47,936 nucleotides of DNA from a virus (lineage: Duplodnaviria > Caudoviricetes). A program made the position numbers and the translations under genes. Shown in pieces: positions 16,810 to 25,984 of this stretch. Numbering within the stretch: position 1 is the first letter of the stretch; each line of letters opens with the position of its first letter. The stretch covers positions 1-47,936 of the IMG/VR virus record IMGVR_UViG_3300037467_000310. The stretch is one strand, 5' to 3'. Under the pieces are notes generated by a model. That model did no database searches. It was given only the letters and a program-made list of their open reading frames with translations, and was not told the origin of the DNA.

Positions 16810-17154
16810 ATGAGCCAAGCAGAATGGGGTATCCGGGAGGCCCCCAAGAACATCGACCCGGAAGACTATCGAGTAGGACGAACCCTCGCAGCACTCATGT
16901 TCCGCACGGAACAAACGCCCGAGGGATACATGAACCGCCGACCGATCACCCAGGAAGAACTGGCAAGGGGCGCGAACGTCAGCCCCGGACTCATCTCTCA
17001 GATTTGCACCGGACGTAAGCACCTAAGCAACGCCGTCCTGTTCCGCATTGCAGGGTTCCTCCAAGTAGAACCAATCGTCATCAAGCGCCCGGACCCAGAG
17101 ATGCGCCAGCAGCGCCTCCCGATGGCCGGCGCCGAGCTAGTCGGTGCAGCATGA
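16810..17154 (+). CDS. Cro-like XRE HTH regulator
   Basis: 'ITQEELARGANVSPGLISQICTGRK'. Confidence 0.8.
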   Translation: MSQAEWGIREAPKNIDPEDYRVGRTLAALMFRTEQTPEGYMNRRPITQEELARGANVSPGLISQICTGRKHLSNAVLFRIAGFLQVEPIVIKRPDPEMRQQRLPMAGAELVGAA

Positions 17155-17630
17155 GCGTCCACGTGTTTCAGGAACGTCTTCTCTGGGCGAAGGTCAACAA
17201 GACTGACACGTGCTGGGAATGGACTGCCAGTAAGAACTCAAATGGATACGGCAAGTTCGTTGTATTCACCGATGGCAAGCATCGTTCAATGCTCGCCCAC
17301 CGCGTCACTTACCAGATGCTTGTGGGCGAGATACCAGAAGGCGCGTCGATCGATCACATCTGTCATAACCCCAGCTGCGTAAACCCTGACCATCTGCGGC
17401 CAGCCTCCGCGAAGCAGAACCTGGAGAACCGAAGGTCCGCGAACAGCAACTCTGTCTCCGGAGTGCGTGGAGTCTCGTGGTCCAAGCGCAGCAGGAAGTG
17501 GCGGACAACTGTGATGCATCACGGGCGCCAGCATTCCGCCGGGAACCACGACGATCTTTCAGAGGCTGAAGCCGCGGTTATTGAACTTCGCAATCGCCTC
17601 CATACATACAACGACGTTGACCGGCACTGA
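17151..17630 (+). CDS. Free-standing HNH homing endonuclease (paralog of 12008..12478)
   Basis: 'CWEW','AHRVTY','IDHICHNPSCVNPDHL','SGVRGVSW','NDVDR'. Confidence 0.92.
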   Translation: MSVHVFQERLLWAKVNKTDTCWEWTASKNSNGYGKFVVFTDGKHRSMLAHRVTYQMLVGEIPEGASIDHICHNPSCVNPDHLRPASAKQNLENRRSANSNSVSGVRGVSWSKRSRKWRTTVMHHGRQHSAGNHDDLSEAEAAVIELRNRLHTYNDVDRH

Positions 17631-17635
17631 ACACC

Positions 17636-17866
17636 ATGCTGCTCTACACACTCGAAGACCTCGCAGCCTTGTTCAAAGTCAGCCGGTCAACGATCTACCG
17701 AAGACGAAAACAAGACAACTGGCCCCATTTGCAGATCGGGTCAGAGTTCCGGTTCACACCCGAAGACGTAGAGAAAATCATTGCCCTCTACCGCAAAGAA
17801 ACCCCTGCCAAAGAAACCCGGTCACGCCCCAACGTCGGCACTAAAGCGAAACGGAGAAACCAATGA
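17636..17866 (+). CDS. Excisionase-like HTH protein
   Basis: 'YTLEDLAALFKVSRSTIYR...IGSEFRFTPEDV'. Confidence 0.75.
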   Translation: MLLYTLEDLAALFKVSRSTIYRRRKQDNWPHLQIGSEFRFTPEDVEKIIALYRKETPAKETRSRPNVGTKAKRRNQ

Positions 17867-18138
17867 AAACCCTCACAGCCCCGGCAGCCCGACCCGAACC
17901 AGGCGAAGTGATGCGCGAATACTTCCAACTCGGGAAACGCCAAGGCCGACACGTCAACCTGCCGTCCTTCCTCAAGTTCGGTAACGAGTTCGCCACGTAC
18001 GTCGAACTGGGTCGGCACATCACGGCAGGACAAGGACGTCACCGTGAATCCCCTTACAACTCTGCGTACAACGTCGTGGAAGACGGACGGCGTGACCAAC
18101 TCAAAGCAGAACGACTCGCACGGAGGACTGCGGCATGA
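17863..18138 (+). CDS. Hypothetical protein
   Basis: GGAG RBS, ATGA overlaps. Confidence 0.6.
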   Translation: MKTLTAPAARPEPGEVMREYFQLGKRQGRHVNLPSFLKFGNEFATYVELGRHITAGQGRHRESPYNSAYNVVEDGRRDQLKAERLARRTAA

Positions 18139-18281
18139 TCTGGTACCCCATCACCCCGGCAACCGCGTTCCCCAACCACCCCGAATGGCCCGTCTACGAA
18201 GCACCCGCCCGCTGGTACATCCAACAAGGCGAAGGCTTCGACAAACGCCACACCACCAGCACCGAGCAGGTAGCGGCATGA
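18135..18281 (+). CDS. 48-aa hypothetical protein
   Basis: MIWYPITP...EQVAA, read by hand; GGAGG RBS, ATGA overlaps. Confidence 0.5.
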   Translation: MIWYPITPATAFPNHPEWPVYEAPARWYIQQGEGFDKRHTTSTEQVAA

Positions 18282-18386
18282 CCAGCGAGATCCGCCAAAT
18301 GCAGGAAGACCTCGCCGTCCTTGAACAAGAACTAGCCCGAATCGAGAACGCACGATGACCCGCAACAACTACCGACAGGAAAACCA

Positions 18387-18608
18387 ATGAGCCACCTCCC
18401 CGGCAACCCGCACTTTGATGAGGGCGACTACTACAACGGCAGCGAGAACTACAACCTCGCGCAAGCGACCATGGCCCTCGCATACGAGCAGCGGACCGCC
18501 AACCTCATCGCCCTGTGGATAGATCCGAACGCGAACGAGTCGCCCCTGAATGGCCTCGACTATGGAGGAATCGCACAGCAGATCAAGGAAAGGCTGGGCC
18601 TCGCATGA
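18387..18608 (+). CDS. Hypothetical protein
   Basis: AGGA RBS; 'ATMALAYEQRTANLIA' motif. Confidence 0.6.
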   Translation: MSHLPGNPHFDEGDYYNGSENYNLAQATMALAYEQRTANLIALWIDPNANESPLNGLDYGGIAQQIKERLGLA

Positions 18609-18720
18609 CCCGCCGTGAGCCGCGTGACTTCTTCTACTACACAGACCGGGAAGCCGCCGAAGAACACCAACAAACCCGCTACGAAAACGACGCCGATTCT
18701 AGGCGCAAAGGAGAAGACCA

Positions 18721-18942
18721 ATGAGCGACCGACTCCGCAACCAGGAACTCACAACCCGCCCACGCGTCACCATCACAGAGAAACGACTCCCCTACACCGG
18801 GCTCCTATACAAGGTCGAAGCAATCAGCGTCCTCGACGGCGCAAAGCTTGAAAAGGTAGGCAACCTTCCCGAATGCCTGTACTGGGGCACCGTGTGGGCC
18901 AAGCGAAACGAAACCTTCGAGAGCCTCAAGGTCGCGGCATGA
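18721..18942 (+). CDS. Hypothetical protein
   Basis: AAGGAG RBS. Confidence 0.6.
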   Translation: MSDRLRNQELTTRPRVTITEKRLPYTGLLYKVEAISVLDGAKLEKVGNLPECLYWGTVWAKRNETFESLKVAA

Positions 18943-19015
18943 TCGCCCTCATCGTCGCCGGTTGTGTCATGGCGGGCGTGTTCATCCGCTGGGCGGTAGT
19001 AGAGGACCGCAAACC

Positions 19016-19318
19016 ATGACCGTCCAAACAGGCATCGAACTAGACGTTGACATCGCAGCCATGGTTGGCGAATTGGAAGCCCCACCCTGCGAATCAGCCA
19101 ACCACGCAGACCCGAAATACCTCCACCACGAAGGCCAAGCAACCCACTACGTCCAGTCCTTCCACCCCTGCGCAGGCCCTGTAGGGATGATCACCGCACG
19201 ATGCACCCCAGCCGCCAACGCCATCAAATCCGCAGCCCAAGAACTCGCCAAATGCGAACAGTGCGGCGACATGGGCCCGCTCTCCAAATTCATCATCGTC
19301 CTAGGACCAATCCAATGA
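19016..19318 (+). CDS. Hypothetical Zn-binding protein
   Basis: GAGG RBS; Cys/His pattern with CEQC. Confidence 0.55.
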   Translation: MTVQTGIELDVDIAAMVGELEAPPCESANHADPKYLHHEGQATHYVQSFHPCAGPVGMITARCTPAANAIKSAAQELAKCEQCGDMGPLSKFIIVLGPIQ

Positions 19319-19448
19319 CCTTCAACCCAGCCCCGAACCATGAGCGTTGCACGGCCACCCGCGAATACGTTGGCCCGTTCCCCGTAACAACCACACACCA
19401 CCACCCCACCTGCACCAACCCAACCACCGACAAAGAAACGAGAACCCG

Positions 19449-19628
19449 ATGAGCCGCCACCTGGAACTAGTCCCCTCCAACGACCTCGTAAACGGGGCGT
19501 CAGTATTCAACCGCGACATGCTACTCAGCAACACCACGACCACCGAACACGAACGACGAGCCGCAGCAAAATACCTCGCCAAAAACGCACCCGATTTGCG
19601 GCAAATGATCCTCGGGAACATCGCATGA
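19449..19628 (+). CDS. Hypothetical protein
   Basis: Coupled small ORF in early operon. Confidence 0.5.
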   Translation: MSRHLELVPSNDLVNGASVFNRDMLLSNTTTTEHERRAAAKYLAKNAPDLRQMILGNIA

Positions 19629-19756
19629 ACGGCACGAAGACAAGCCCAGAAGATTTGGCTGAGGATCAAAGCATGGTCGCCACCCTCAGGGCGAACGGGC
19701 TGACTGAGTACGAGGCTTGCATGTTTGTGGGGCTTATTAGGCAGGTGGCGGCATGA
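19625..19756 (+). CDS. 43-aa hypothetical protein
   Basis: MNGTKTSP...RQVAA, read by hand; ATGA overlaps. Confidence 0.45.
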   Translation: MNGTKTSPEDLAEDQSMVATLRANGLTEYEACMFVGLIRQVAA

Positions 19757-19901
19757 ACGAGACGCAGAAGATCGCCCTGACCATCCACCAGCGCCACTGC
19801 ATCGAACGCGTACACAACGAAAGCTGCATGTTCTGGATCGAAGACCACGAGTCAGCCCAAGCCCTTGTGAACGCGGGCGTGACATTCAGCAAGCCCACGC
19901 A

Positions 19902-20054
19902 ATGACCCCCGCCGAGTACTACGCCGAAGAGCACCGCAACCTACTCTCCGCAGCAACCCTCGCAGCCACAGTCCGCAAACAACACAACCCCGACTGCACC
20001 TGCCACGAAGACCAAGCCATCACCCAAACCATCCCCGCGGAGGAAATGGAATGA
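19902..20054 (+). CDS. Hypothetical protein
   Basis: ATGA-coupled to exonuclease. Confidence 0.45.
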   Translation: MTPAEYYAEEHRNLLSAATLAATVRKQHNPDCTCHEDQAITQTIPAEEME

Positions 20055-20884
20055 CTGCCACAATCACCGAACCAGGGATCTACGACGGCATCAGCAACGC
20101 CGACTACCACGCACACCCAGCCCTCGGATCCACATCCCTCAAAACCCTCGCCACCCGCACGCCAGCCCACTACCAATGGGACAAGACACACCCGAAACAC
20201 TCTGACGCGTTCACCATCGGAACCGCAGCCCACTCGGTCATCCTGGAAGACGATCTTTCAGGCATCGTCACAGTAGACGCCGACAATTGGCTGACGAAAG
20301 CAGCGAAGGAAGCGAAAGTTGCCGTCCTTGCTGATGGAAGGCAGCCGCTACTCCGCAAAGAATTCCTTCAAGTCATGGAGATGCGGGACGCAGTAATGGA
20401 CCACCCAGTAGCCCGCGAACTGTTCACCGGCCACCGCGCCGAAGCCTCAGTGTTCTGGGAAGAAGACGGCCTTGCACTGAAAGCCCGCCCTGACGCATGG
20501 AAGCCCGGACAACTCGTTGACCTCAAAACCACCATCAACGCAGACCCCCGCGAATTCGGTAAGACCGCTTACAACTTCGGCTACCACCAATCAAACGCCC
20601 ACTACATCGACGGCGTCAAAGCAGCGACAGGCGAAACCCTCCCATTCACGTTCGTCCTAGTCGAGAAGACCGCACCCTACCTAGTCTCCGTGGTCACCCT
20701 CGACTGGGAAGCAATCGAACTGGGACGCGCACTTAACGACCGCGCCAAACGCATCTACAAAGAGTGCACCGAAACCGGCAACTGGCCCGGATACCCGGCA
20801 TCGGAACCCATCGAACTCCCAACATTCGCCGTCTACCAAACCGAAGACCTGCTAGGCCTCAACGACCAGGAGATGAACTTTTGA
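20051..20884 (+). CDS. recE: RecE-like PD-(D/E)xK exonuclease (DUF3799-like)
   Basis: 'ISNADYH', 'GTAAH', 'E.S.FW', 'KARPD', 'VDLKTT', 'GYHQS.AHY'. Confidence 0.88.
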   Translation: MTATITEPGIYDGISNADYHAHPALGSTSLKTLATRTPAHYQWDKTHPKHSDAFTIGTAAHSVILEDDLSGIVTVDADNWLTKAAKEAKVAVLADGRQPLLRKEFLQVMEMRDAVMDHPVARELFTGHRAEASVFWEEDGLALKARPDAWKPGQLVDLKTTINADPREFGKTAYNFGYHQSNAHYIDGVKAATGETLPFTFVLVEKTAPYLVSVVTLDWEAIELGRALNDRAKRIYKECTETGNWPGYPASEPIELPTFAVYQTEDLLGLNDQEMNF

Positions 20885-21417
20885 AAATCACCGCAGAACC
20901 CCGCTCAGACCAATGGAACGCCGATGACTTCCTGAGCGGCCCCCGAACGTTCACTATCGCCGGCGCCAAGGATGGCACCGCGGAACAGAAGTACGACATC
21001 AAGCTAGAAGGTGAAGCACGCTCATGGCGTCCACCACTAACCATGATCCGGGTTCTGATGAAGGCTTGGGGTGACGAGTCAGACGTTTGGGTTGGGCGGC
21101 GAGTCACACTCTTCCAAGACCCAACAGTGAAGTTTGGCAGGGACGTACTCGGTGGTATCCGGATCTCCCACCTCTCCCACATCGACGGCGTGCTGAACGT
21201 CAAGGTCACCACCACCCGTGGCAAGCGTGAGACTGTCACCGTACAGCCACTCACCGAAGCACCCAAGCGTGACTTCCTGGCCGAGGCTGAGTTGGCAGGC
21301 GGTGACGTTGACTCGCTCCGTGCCCTCTACGGCGCAGCGCAACAAGCCCACGCCTCCACCGAAGTCCTCGAAGGCATCCGCGCAATGGCAACCCCCAATG
21401 AAGCGCCCGCCTCGTAA
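20881..21417 (+). CDS. Recombination-associated protein (RecE partner position)
   Basis: TTG start overlapping recE stop with AGGAG RBS; 'WVGRRVTL...VKFG...GGIRI'. Confidence 0.6.
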   Translation: MKITAEPRSDQWNADDFLSGPRTFTIAGAKDGTAEQKYDIKLEGEARSWRPPLTMIRVLMKAWGDESDVWVGRRVTLFQDPTVKFGRDVLGGIRISHLSHIDGVLNVKVTTTRGKRETVTVQPLTEAPKRDFLAEAELAGGDVDSLRALYGAAQQAHASTEVLEGIRAMATPNEAPAS

Positions 21418-21607
21418 AACCTACCCACGGTGCGCCTGCTCCAAAGTCGCCTGTGACGGCATAGACGAAGCCCGCGCAACCCACGCCGAAATATGGGCAG
21501 CACGCGGCGGACAAACCGAAGTCCGATTCTACACCTGCCCGCACGGCTCATGGCACTGGACAAGAGCACTAGACCCCATGCCCTACCAACAGAAAGCAGC
21601 AGCTTGA
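21398..21607 (+). CDS. Small Zn-binding hypothetical protein
   Basis: 'CAC...RFYTCPHGSWHWT'. Confidence 0.5.
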   Translation: MKRPPRKTYPRCACSKVACDGIDEARATHAEIWAARGGQTEVRFYTCPHGSWHWTRALDPMPYQQKAAA

Positions 21608-21876
21608 AAACCCGCACCATCACGATCTACACACAACCGAACTGCCAACCGTGCAAGGCAACAAAACGGTGGCTTGACAAACGAGACATCCGGTTCCAGG
21701 AAACCGATGTCACCAAACCAGAAAACGCCAAGGACGCAGAAGCCATCCGCGCACTCGGATTCAAAGAAGCACCCGTAGTCATCGTCTCAACCGGCGACCC
21801 AGAAACCGACCTCATGTGGTCCGGATTCATACCCGACAACCTCACCAAATACGCACACTCAACGGAAGCAGCCTAA
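21604..21876 (+). CDS. nrdH: NrdH-like glutaredoxin
   Basis: 'ITIYTQPNCQPCKATKRWL...LGFKEAPVV...WSGF'. Confidence 0.88.
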   Translation: MKTRTITIYTQPNCQPCKATKRWLDKRDIRFQETDVTKPENAKDAEAIRALGFKEAPVVIVSTGDPETDLMWSGFIPDNLTKYAHSTEAA

Positions 21877-21880
21877 CCAA

Positions 21881-22345
21881 ATGGCGAACGTATCAACTAC
21901 CGCAAACATCGGAACCTACCACGGACTCAAGTTCGGGCAAGACGGGAAGCCGCGCATCAGCTTCTCAGCCGCCGAAACCGCACGCATCAAAGACCAGTCC
22001 GGCCAATGGGTAGACGGCGGAACAACATGGTTCAACGTCACGCTCTTCGGAGGCGCATCCGAAGCCCTGGACCAGCAGATCGCAGGGCAGGGCGGCAAGG
22101 GCAAAGTCACCTTCTCGGGCCGCATGAGCACCCGCGAGTACGAACACAACGGCGCCAAGCGGGAATCGCTGGATGTTGTTGCTGAACATGTTGGCCTTGT
22201 CCCGCGCAATCAGCCCGCGAACGGCGGGAACCAGCAGCAGCCCGCACGCACACAGCCCGCCTCGCAGCAAGATCCCTGGGGCCCTCCCGCAACACAAGAC
22301 GCAGGCGGATGGGGCAATGGACCAACCGCAGGCCCGGCCTTCTAA
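21881..22345 (+). CDS. ssb: Single-stranded DNA-binding protein
   Basis: OB-fold 'TTWFNVTLFG...GRMSTREYE', Gln/Gly-rich tail ending PAF. Confidence 0.9.
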   Translation: MANVSTTANIGTYHGLKFGQDGKPRISFSAAETARIKDQSGQWVDGGTTWFNVTLFGGASEALDQQIAGQGGKGKVTFSGRMSTREYEHNGAKRESLDVVAEHVGLVPRNQPANGGNQQQPARTQPASQQDPWGPPATQDAGGWGNGPTAGPAF

Positions 22346-22370
22346 CCCAACCAGCTAAGGGAGTGAACGC

Positions 22371-22520
22371 ATGAGCCTCAAAGACACCATGGCCGACAAC
22401 CTCGCCAACATCCGCCAATGGCACGAACGCAACCACCACAGCGCTACGTGGGCTACATGCGTTCACTCCCCCTGCAACGTCACCACAACCACCTTCCGCA
22501 ACAACTGGGACCAACCATGA
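22371..22520 (+). CDS. 49-aa hypothetical protein
   Basis: AAGGGAG RBS; read by hand. Confidence 0.5.
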   Translation: MSLKDTMADNLANIRQWHERNHHSATWATCVHSPCNVTTTTFRNNWDQP

Positions 22521-22669
22521 GCATCCTCGCAAGAACCCGACCCTACCCAACCCGCGTACCAAACACCTACATCTGCAAACGCTGCGGCATCCAACGAACA
22601 ACACACGCAAAAAACAAACCCGCCCACTGCATCGACTGCCGCCCATACACACGAGGAGGCAAGCAGTGA
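22517..22669 (+). CDS. Small CxxC-CxxC zinc-ribbon protein
   Basis: CKRC...CIDC; ATGA overlap. Confidence 0.55.
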   Translation: MSILARTRPYPTRVPNTYICKRCGIQRTTHAKNKPAHCIDCRPYTRGGKQ

Positions 22670-23163
22670 GCGCATACGTACGCGGCGCCGCAACCACCGC
22701 AAAAGCCGCACGCCAAGCAGTCGAACGAGAACGCGCAGAAGTTGAACAACTCTACGCAGAAGGCCGCAAGCTAGCCCAAACAGCCAAGCAACTACGACAG
22801 CGCAACGCTAACCTCGAAGCCCGCATAGCCGAAGAACGCGAACGCCTCGAAGACAAACGCGCCACCCTCAACACCACACTCCTAGACCTCCAAGCAGCAC
22901 AACAAGAAGCTGACAACGCCATACGGGAAGCCGAAGCGAACGCCACCACAATCCGCGAACTCGCCTACGACCAAGCCCGTGCGATCACGGAACGCGCCTA
23001 CCGCCACGGATATGACAAAGGCCAAGATCGGGCCCGAGCTCAACACGCCGTCCTCCGCAAATACACGCCAAAACCAGATGGCAGACGTCCAGGCGTAACC
23101 AACAGGCGCACCCCCGTAGCCGAAGCCGCCCAACACGACCGCCAAAAAAGGAAAGCAGCATGA
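22666..23163 (+). CDS. Coiled-coil hypothetical protein
   Basis: GAGGAGG RBS; heptad-rich. Confidence 0.65.
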   Translation: MSAYVRGAATTAKAARQAVERERAEVEQLYAEGRKLAQTAKQLRQRNANLEARIAEERERLEDKRATLNTTLLDLQAAQQEADNAIREAEANATTIRELAYDQARAITERAYRHGYDKGQDRARAQHAVLRKYTPKPDGRRPGVTNRRTPVAEAAQHDRQKRKAA

Positions 23164-24092
23164 AAACGGTGCGCTACTTCTCGATGTTCTCCGGCATCGG
23201 CGGGTTCGAGTTAGGCATTGAGCAAGCCGCCAAAGATCTGGGCATAGAAGCTGAATGCGTCGGCTACTCCGAGATAGACAAGCACGCAATCGCAACCTAC
23301 CAGGAGCACTTCAACCATGACAACTACGGTGACGCAACAACCATCAACCCCGATGCCCTTCCAGTCTTCGATCTTCTCGTTGGTGGATTTCCCTGCCAAG
23401 CATTCAGCATCGGAGGAAAACGGCTCGGCTTCGAAGACACCCGCGGAACACTATTCTTCGACATCGCTAGAATCCTCTCCACCCGCCTCCCCCGACACTT
23501 CATCCTCGAAAACGTCAAAGGGCTCCTCAGCCACAAGGGGGGGCAGACTTTCCGAACCATCCTCCGAACCCTTGATGAACTGGGGTATGACGTCCAGTGG
23601 CAGGTACTCAACAGCAAGGATTACGGCGTCCCCCAGTCAAGAGAACGCGTGTACATTGTCGGAAATCTTGGAGGAACGCCCCGACCCCAAGTATTTCCTG
23701 CCCCACGACAGAGCAACCCGTATACAACAGTCGGCCTCACAACAGAAACCGCAGTTGCTCGAACACTCACCGCAGGCGGAAACAGCGGAGGCAACCACAG
23801 CGGCATGACCATCCTGGAACTAACCGGGGCTCGGAGCCAGTCACAGAGGCTTTACGACCCCGCCGGCCTGTCTCCGACCATCTCAACCGGAGGTGCGACA
23901 ACGGGCGGGGCAGAAGTTCCAAAGATCCAAGTCGGCTCGACCATCCGACGCCTCACCCCTACCGAGTTCGAGCGACTCCAAGGCTTCCCAGATGCCTGGA
24001 CTATCGGCAGCGACACACAGCGGTATAAGGGATGCGGAAACGCTGTGAGCGTGCCAGTGGTTCGCTATGTGGCAACAAGGACCCTCGCATGA
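23160..24092 (+). CDS. C5-cytosine DNA methyltransferase (alpha chain)
   Basis: Motifs I FSGIGG, IV GFPCQ, VI ENV, VIII QSRERV, IX RRLTP.E..RLQGFP, X GNAV. Confidence 0.95.
   Translation: MKTVRYFSMFSGIGGFELGIEQAAKDLGIEAECVGYSEIDKHAIATYQEHFNHDNYGDATTINPDALPVFDLLVGGFPCQAFSIGGKRLGFEDTRGTLFFDIARILSTRLPRHFILENVKGLLSHKGGQTFRTILRTLDELGYDVQWQVLNSKDYGVPQSRERVYIVGNLGGTPRPQVFPAPRQSNPYTTVGLTTETAVARTLTAGGNSGGNHSGMTILELTGARSQSQRLYDPAGLSPTISTGGATTGGAEVPKIQVGSTIRRLTPTEFERLQGFPDAWTIGSDTQRYKGCGNAVSVPVVRYVATRTLA
23317..23808 (+). CDS. Nested +1-frame ORF, EcoHK31I beta-subunit-like
   Basis: 'NWGM..SG...ENACTLSEILEERPDPKYFL' inside the MTase gene; start uncertain. Confidence 0.65.
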   Translation: MTTTVTQQPSTPMPFQSSIFSLVDFPAKHSASEENGSASKTPAEHYSSTSLESSPPASPDTSSSKTSKGSSATRGGRLSEPSSEPLMNWGMTSSGRYSTARITASPSQENACTLSEILEERPDPKYFLPHDRATRIQQSASQQKPQLLEHSPQAETAEATTAA

Positions 24093-24198
24093 CAGTCGCC
24101 TCTGATCAGCAGCGCCGGCAGGATCGTAAGGACGCGGACCTGGCTCGCAAACAAACCATGCGGGAACAACGCGAACGCGACAAGAAAGGTAAGGCCAC

Positions 24199-24963
24199 GT
24201 GAGCGATGAGCGGCTGTTCTTCAAGCTCCACAACGGATTCCCCGAACACCCCAAAACCATCGAACTAAGCGACAAAGCATTCCGTCAACTGGTGGAAGCG
24301 TGGTGCTACTGTTCCAGGAATTTGAACGATGGTTTCCTCACTAAAGCGCAGTTCGTTCGTTTTTTTTCGCCGAAAAGTCGTGGCGAACTTGTTGCAGTCG
24401 GGTTCATCCGTGAAGAAGAAAACCAGTACGTAATGCACGACTACTTGGAGCACCAACAAAGTGCCCAACAGGTCGCTGACCTGCGGGAACGTCGCAGAAC
24501 AGCCGGCGCTAAGGGTGGCAAAGCGAAAGCAAATGGTCTAGCAAGTGCTAAGCAAATGCCAGAGCAAACACCTAGCAAACCTCTACCAGATACAGATACA
24601 GATCTAGATACAGATCCAACACCACCTAAAGGTGGTGTGACGCCCCGCAAGCGGGCCACCCGAATCCGTGAGGATTTTCAGGTCACAGATGCCATGAAGG
24701 AATGGGCCGCTACGAAGGCCCCGAACGCTGATGTTGGTTTGGAGACTGAGAAGTTCATCAACTACTGGGTGGCTAGGTCTGGGAAGGAAGCTACGAAGCT
24801 GGATTGGGTTGCTACGTGGCGGAATTGGATGTTGAACGCCAGACCATCCCAGGGGCAGAGGCAGGATCACAGCAGCCGGGGTATTGCGAAGGGTATGGCG
24901 CTTTTGCAGGAGTGGGACGCGCAACAGCAGCAGGAACAATCAACGTTTGAGTTGGAGGCTTAG
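24199..24963 (+). CDS. Replication initiator protein
   Basis: 'HPK..LSD.AFR', 'HDYLEHQ', C-terminal 'DW.ATWRNW'; internal iterons. Confidence 0.8.
   Translation: MSDERLFFKLHNGFPEHPKTIELSDKAFRQLVEAWCYCSRNLNDGFLTKAQFVRFFSPKSRGELVAVGFIREEENQYVMHDYLEHQQSAQQVADLRERRRTAGAKGGKAKANGLASAKQMPEQTPSKPLPDTDTDLDTDPTPPKGGVTPRKRATRIREDFQVTDAMKEWAATKAPNADVGLETEKFINYWVARSGKEATKLDWVATWRNWMLNARPSQGQRQDHSSRGIAKGMALLQEWDAQQQQEQSTFELEA
24528..24616 (+). repeat. Putative replication origin iterons inside rep gene
   Basis: AGCAA at 24528, 24540, 24551, 24563, 24574 (11-12 bp period), then five YAGATM hexamers at 24587..24616. Confidence 0.65.
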
Positions 24964-25398
24964 GTGGATCAGCGGGAGACGATTGCGATGTTGACTTGGA
25001 TTAATCAGGTTGATGCGCGTGTGCATTTGAATCAGGCGGCTGCGGAGACGTGGGCGTATGCGTTACGGTCTGTTGATTCGGCTGTGGCTAAGCAGGCGGT
25101 GTTGGAGCATTACAAGGCGCACGAGAACATTGCTGCGACACCGGGGGCGATCTCGAAGCGGGCGGCGAATATTCGGACTTCGCGTGAGGCTGGGCAGTAT
25201 GCCGTGGATAAGGCCCGCGAAATTGAGGCCACCACGTTGAGGCGCCCGAAGACCGAAGCTGATTACCGGCGTAAGATCCGGGAAACCCCTGAGTTCATGG
25301 CGTTGTTCGAGCAGGGCCGGCGTGAGGGCAACGCTATGCGGGCTGCTGCAACCAGGGCGCGTGAAGGCGACCAAGACCAGGAATGGGACGCGGCATGA
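24964..25398 (+). CDS. Helicase loader/inhibitor-like protein
   Basis: Follows rep; 'AAETWAYAL...AKQAV..HY...TPG.I' pattern. Confidence 0.55.
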   Translation: MDQRETIAMLTWINQVDARVHLNQAAAETWAYALRSVDSAVAKQAVLEHYKAHENIAATPGAISKRAANIRTSREAGQYAVDKAREIEATTLRRPKTEADYRRKIRETPEFMALFEQGRREGNAMRAAATRAREGDQDQEWDAA

Positions 25399-25787
25399 GC
25401 GAGCTACTGTCAGTCTGGGTCGAATCACCAACAGCCTGGATCAACTCAAACCAGCGCCTACACCGGATGGCAAAAGCTAAACTCACGGCAGCGTGGCGGG
25501 AAGCAGCAGCCGCGTCGGTCCCGGCAGGTCTCATCACGTTTGACCGGCCTGTGCGTGTGGTCGCGAACATTTGGAAACCACGCCGCGGCAGGTACGACCC
25601 GAACAACCTCCACCCGACAACGAAGGCCTGCGTGGATGGTTTCGTTGACGCTGGCTTGTTCGTGGATGATGACTGGTTGCATGTGGTTGGCCCTGATCAT
25701 CGGCATGGTGGCGTGGGTGATCCGGGCATTATTTTTTTCTTTACCGATCTACTTGAAAATCGTCCATCATACTTGAAAATCAAGTAG
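25395..25787 (+). CDS. rusA: RusA-like Holliday junction resolvase
   Basis: 'NSN.R.H', 'RYDPNNL..T.KA.VDG.VDAGL..DDD'. Confidence 0.75.
   Translation: MSELLSVWVESPTAWINSNQRLHRMAKAKLTAAWREAAAASVPAGLITFDRPVRVVANIWKPRRGRYDPNNLHPTTKACVDGFVDAGLFVDDDWLHVVGPDHRHGGVGDPGIIFFFTDLLENRPSYLKIK
25749..25787. promoter_or_regulatory. 19-bp operator (25769..25787) with upstream half-site
   Basis: ATACTTGAAAATCAAGTAG; CTACTTGAAAATC at 25749. Confidence 0.7.
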
Positions 25788-25849
25788 AATGGATACTAAT
25801 CGGCCCGGTAGTTGAGCATCCCGGACCCCGAGCATCTAAGAAGCCCACC

Positions 25850-25984
25850 ATGAGCGCAACAACCCTACGAGAACTCGCCAGCATCGTAGACGGCCTGGAC
25901 GAAGACCACCACGACTACCGGGAAGTCCGGGCCGCGAAACGCCTGATCCACGACCTACTCAAAGACGCAGAGGACCACACATGA
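25850..25984 (+). CDS. 44-aa hypothetical protein
   Basis: First ORF after operator; read by hand. Confidence 0.5.
   Translation: MSATTLRELASIVDGLDEDHHDYREVRAAKRLIHDLLKDAEDHT

Noticed and set aside
23160-24092. Restriction-modification system
   Set aside because: No adjacent restriction endonuclease; orphan MTase in replication module
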